From Trypanosoma brucei (Eukaryota), in NCBI GenBank assembly GCA_000002445.1, contig CH464491.1, forward strand, positions 4,256,001-4,320,000: a stretch of 64,000 nt of DNA, in the 5' to 3' direction. The notes under the pieces were generated by a model. The model was not told the origin of the DNA and did not search any database. It saw only the letters and a program-made list of their open reading frames with translations. Below, piece by piece: positions 62,083 through 64,000 of the stretch (positions are counted from its first letter, which is position 1; each line of letters starts with the position of its first letter). Made by a program: the position numbers and the translations under genes.

Positions 62083-62452
62083 GTCAAATGCGAACTACTC
62101 GCGCTAACCTCCACTACCCAGTACTTCTCGTTGGAGTAAAATTTGAAACAAAAACAGACGGTTGTTAAGTAAATATAGTACCCAAAGTGTCCAGGTTATT
62201 GCGGAGGGTGACATGCAGAATAAGAGGGGAAATTCACTGAGAATTAAGAGATAAAAATTAACTAACAACAGAATAAACAGGATCGCTATGTATTGTGATA
62301 AAATGTGAGAAACAGTCAACAAGCATTTAGACAGCGGTAGAGCAAGAGAAGGCACTACCTCAGCACACACAAAAAAAAACAACAACAAAGAGCGACGAGG
62401 GTCAACGGGAGGATATCTCGAAGAAACGAGAAAAGTCAAGCAAAGCTACCAC

Positions 62453-64000
62453 CTATGGCTTGTGTTTCCCGTGACGTCCCACTGATAATGGGCGGTATCC
62501 ACGCCGCCAACGCTGGACATCCTTTTCCCAGTCGTTTACAGCGCTACCGTCAACAGCAGCCCCTAGTGAACGCAGCGCCTTTTCCATCCGCTGCATCCGG
62601 CGCTCGTGTTGCAGCTCAGCTTGTCTTCCAAGTAAACTATGACCCTTCCCAGTCGTAAGTCCATCGTCCTCATCACCCTCGCCATTATATTGGTAATGGG
62701 AGGAAGAGGAAGGTTCCACCTCGTACTCGTCATCCTGCATCGTCGCTTCCGGAATGTTGTCGCGGTACGTTGGGTCCCATATATCCGCTGGGTAACCGAG
62801 CCGGCGCAATAAATACTGCAACGCATCGCTTATGGCCACCACACGCTCCCTCAAGACACTGTGCTCATGCGGTGTCATGCCCTCTATCTTGAAGACAATA
62901 AAAGGACTCCGTGTAGAAGCATCGTAGCTCATATTCGCAGTCGCCACCAGAACTAACTTACGCAACTCAGCCTGCAAATCCTCGTGTAACTCCATTTCAT
63001 GTGATTCCACCGAAGAAAAGGGCTTCGGTACCTCCACCCTTAAAAAAACAGTGCAACTGCCTTTTGCCAACAAGTTACCAACATCGGCTAACGTGTTTGT
63101 GGCACCCCGCCGAGCATCTTGCAGCTCACGAAGACGCATTGAAGTAAGGTTTCCGGTGTGTAACAGCTCAATCACGGCAACGGCTGGGATCCACAGCACC
63201 CGCGAGATGCGATGCTCTTCCCTCATAGAATCACACAAGGCAAGCGACAACAACGTACCACTGAGCGAAGCACGTACCATAACACTATCCCCACCCTCAT
63301 TAGGGCGTCGATGAATTGCAGGGCATTCATCCACCCGAATACCGTACTTTACGACTCCACAACCCGCTTCGTGATTATTTCGACTGTCAAGCATATCCAC
63401 AACACGTTTCACCGCAACCGTACACGCTACGCACCCACTATTAACGCTTTCATTGTTCTCCCCTGATATGCAGCAGAGAGTCAGCCCCCAATGCTCACGC
63501 AAGTGACCCAAATCGCACCACGGGAAAAAGGTATCCGTACAATGAACCTCGGAATTAATTTCACCCGTGGGAACGGATCCCGGAGTGTCCGCGAAAGTTG
63601 CAGGCAAAACACGGTTAGGACTTGTGCGCACTTCAATAACGCAAACGTAACAAACATCCTCCACAGCACTTAGCGGATCACTGCGCCACGAGCAACGAGC
63701 AACATCAGCAACAATACGATCATCACAGTACGAGGGATCCTGCTCTGGCTGGCCGCCCTCCAGTGGAACCCAAGACCGTAGCCCACTGCGCCCTCCAGAT
63801 ATAATCGAAGACAGTGAAGTTAATGCATCAGTATCAAATGCTTCTTTGTCCTGCACACCTTCTAGTGGTTGAAAGGGTCCCTTGTCGCCCTCTGGAAGTG
63901 GAATGAGGTGGTAAACGCGATCGGAGCTTTCGCGAGAAAGATCAGTAAGCACAGATGCCACTACCGCCTCGTTTTCTAGGGGATTCAAACTGTGAGTCGC
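62453..64000 (-). CDS. hypothetical protein, 5'-partial (N-terminus beyond window end)
   Basis: The track's first codon at 63986-63988 is TTG, and the frame stays open to position 64000, so the true start lies outside the window. More than 510 aa, non-repetitive, with several CxxC pairs. Confidence 0.5.
   Translation of the reverse strand, partial: ATHSLNPLENEAVVASVLTDLSRESSDRVYHLIPLPEGDKGPFQPLEGVQDKEAFDTDALTSLSSIISGGRSGLRSWVPLEGGQPEQDPSYCDDRIVADVARCSWRSDPLSAVEDVCYVCVIEVRTSPNRVLPATFADTPGSVPTGEINSEVHCTDTFFPWCDLGHLREHWGLTLCCISGENNESVNSGCVACTVAVKRVVDMLDSRNNHEAGCGVVKYGIRVDECPAIHRRPNEGGDSVMVRASLSGTLLSLALCDSMREEHRISRVLWIPAVAVIELLHTGNLTSMRLRELQDARRGATNTLADVGNLLAKGSCTVFLRVEVPKPFSSVESHEMELHEDLQAELRKLVLVATANMSYDASTRSPFIVFKIEGMTPHEHSVLRERVVAISDALQYLLRRLGYPADIWDPTYRDNIPEATMQDDEYEVEPSSSSHYQYNGEGDEDDGLTTGKGHSLLGRQAELQHERRMQRMEKALRSLGAAVDGSAVNDWEKDVQRWRRGYRPLSVGRHGKHKP

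Noticed and set aside
1-64000. Prokaryote-style features (CRISPR arrays, defence islands, operons, mobile genetic element boundaries)
   Set aside because: Gene structure, spacer composition and every recognisable protein are eukaryotic or kinetoplastid. There are no direct-repeat/spacer arrays, integrases or short-spacer operon-style gene packing.

Overview
The window reads as a chromosome-core segment of a trypanosomatid, most consistent with Trypanosoma brucei-group DNA (inference). I count 28 intron-less protein-coding genes (6 kept only as low-confidence ORFs), all on the minus strand. That makes the whole 64 kb one directional polycistronic transcription unit, with no strand-switch region, no rRNA or tRNA I can support, and nothing prokaryotic (no CRISPR or operons). 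Genes are separated by AT-rich spacers of 0.2-1.8 kb carrying (TA)n, (CA)n(TA)n, (TTCC)n and (AAT)n microsatellites. Strand-biased polypurine blocks on the + strand (polypyrimidine on the coding strand) sit upstream of the ATGs, as expected for trans-splicing signals. Two spacers are unusually long (about 3.9 kb at 24.6-28.5 kb and about 3.5 kb at 46.6-50.1 kb) and are pure low-complexity sequence.

Genes I recognise by motif: an XPB/ERCC3 helicase paralog lacking the N-terminal extension, ribosomal protein uL2 (L8), ATG4 peptidase, a myosin with a C-terminal UBA-like domain, a short syntaxin-like Q-SNARE, an importin-beta-3-like karyopherin, a cornichon-like membrane protein, a WDR82/Swd2-like WD40 protein, SHQ1, CKS1, a two-HMG-box protein with a mitochondrial-like presequence, a catalytically degenerate enolase-fold protein, TYW3 with a presequence-like N-terminal extension, a TMEM18 homolog, a multi-cold-shock-domain protein and 3-hydroxyisobutyryl-CoA hydrolase.

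Two technical points affect the coordinates. The supplied ORF track writes TTG/GTG first codons as M, and it omits ORFs that run off the window edge. I therefore corrected many start coordinates to the first in-frame ATG and added a 3'-partial gene at 1..1068 that the track misses. My base-level reading of the printed sequence can be off by 1 nt locally. I could run no homology search, so every family assignment rests on motifs I recognise by eye.
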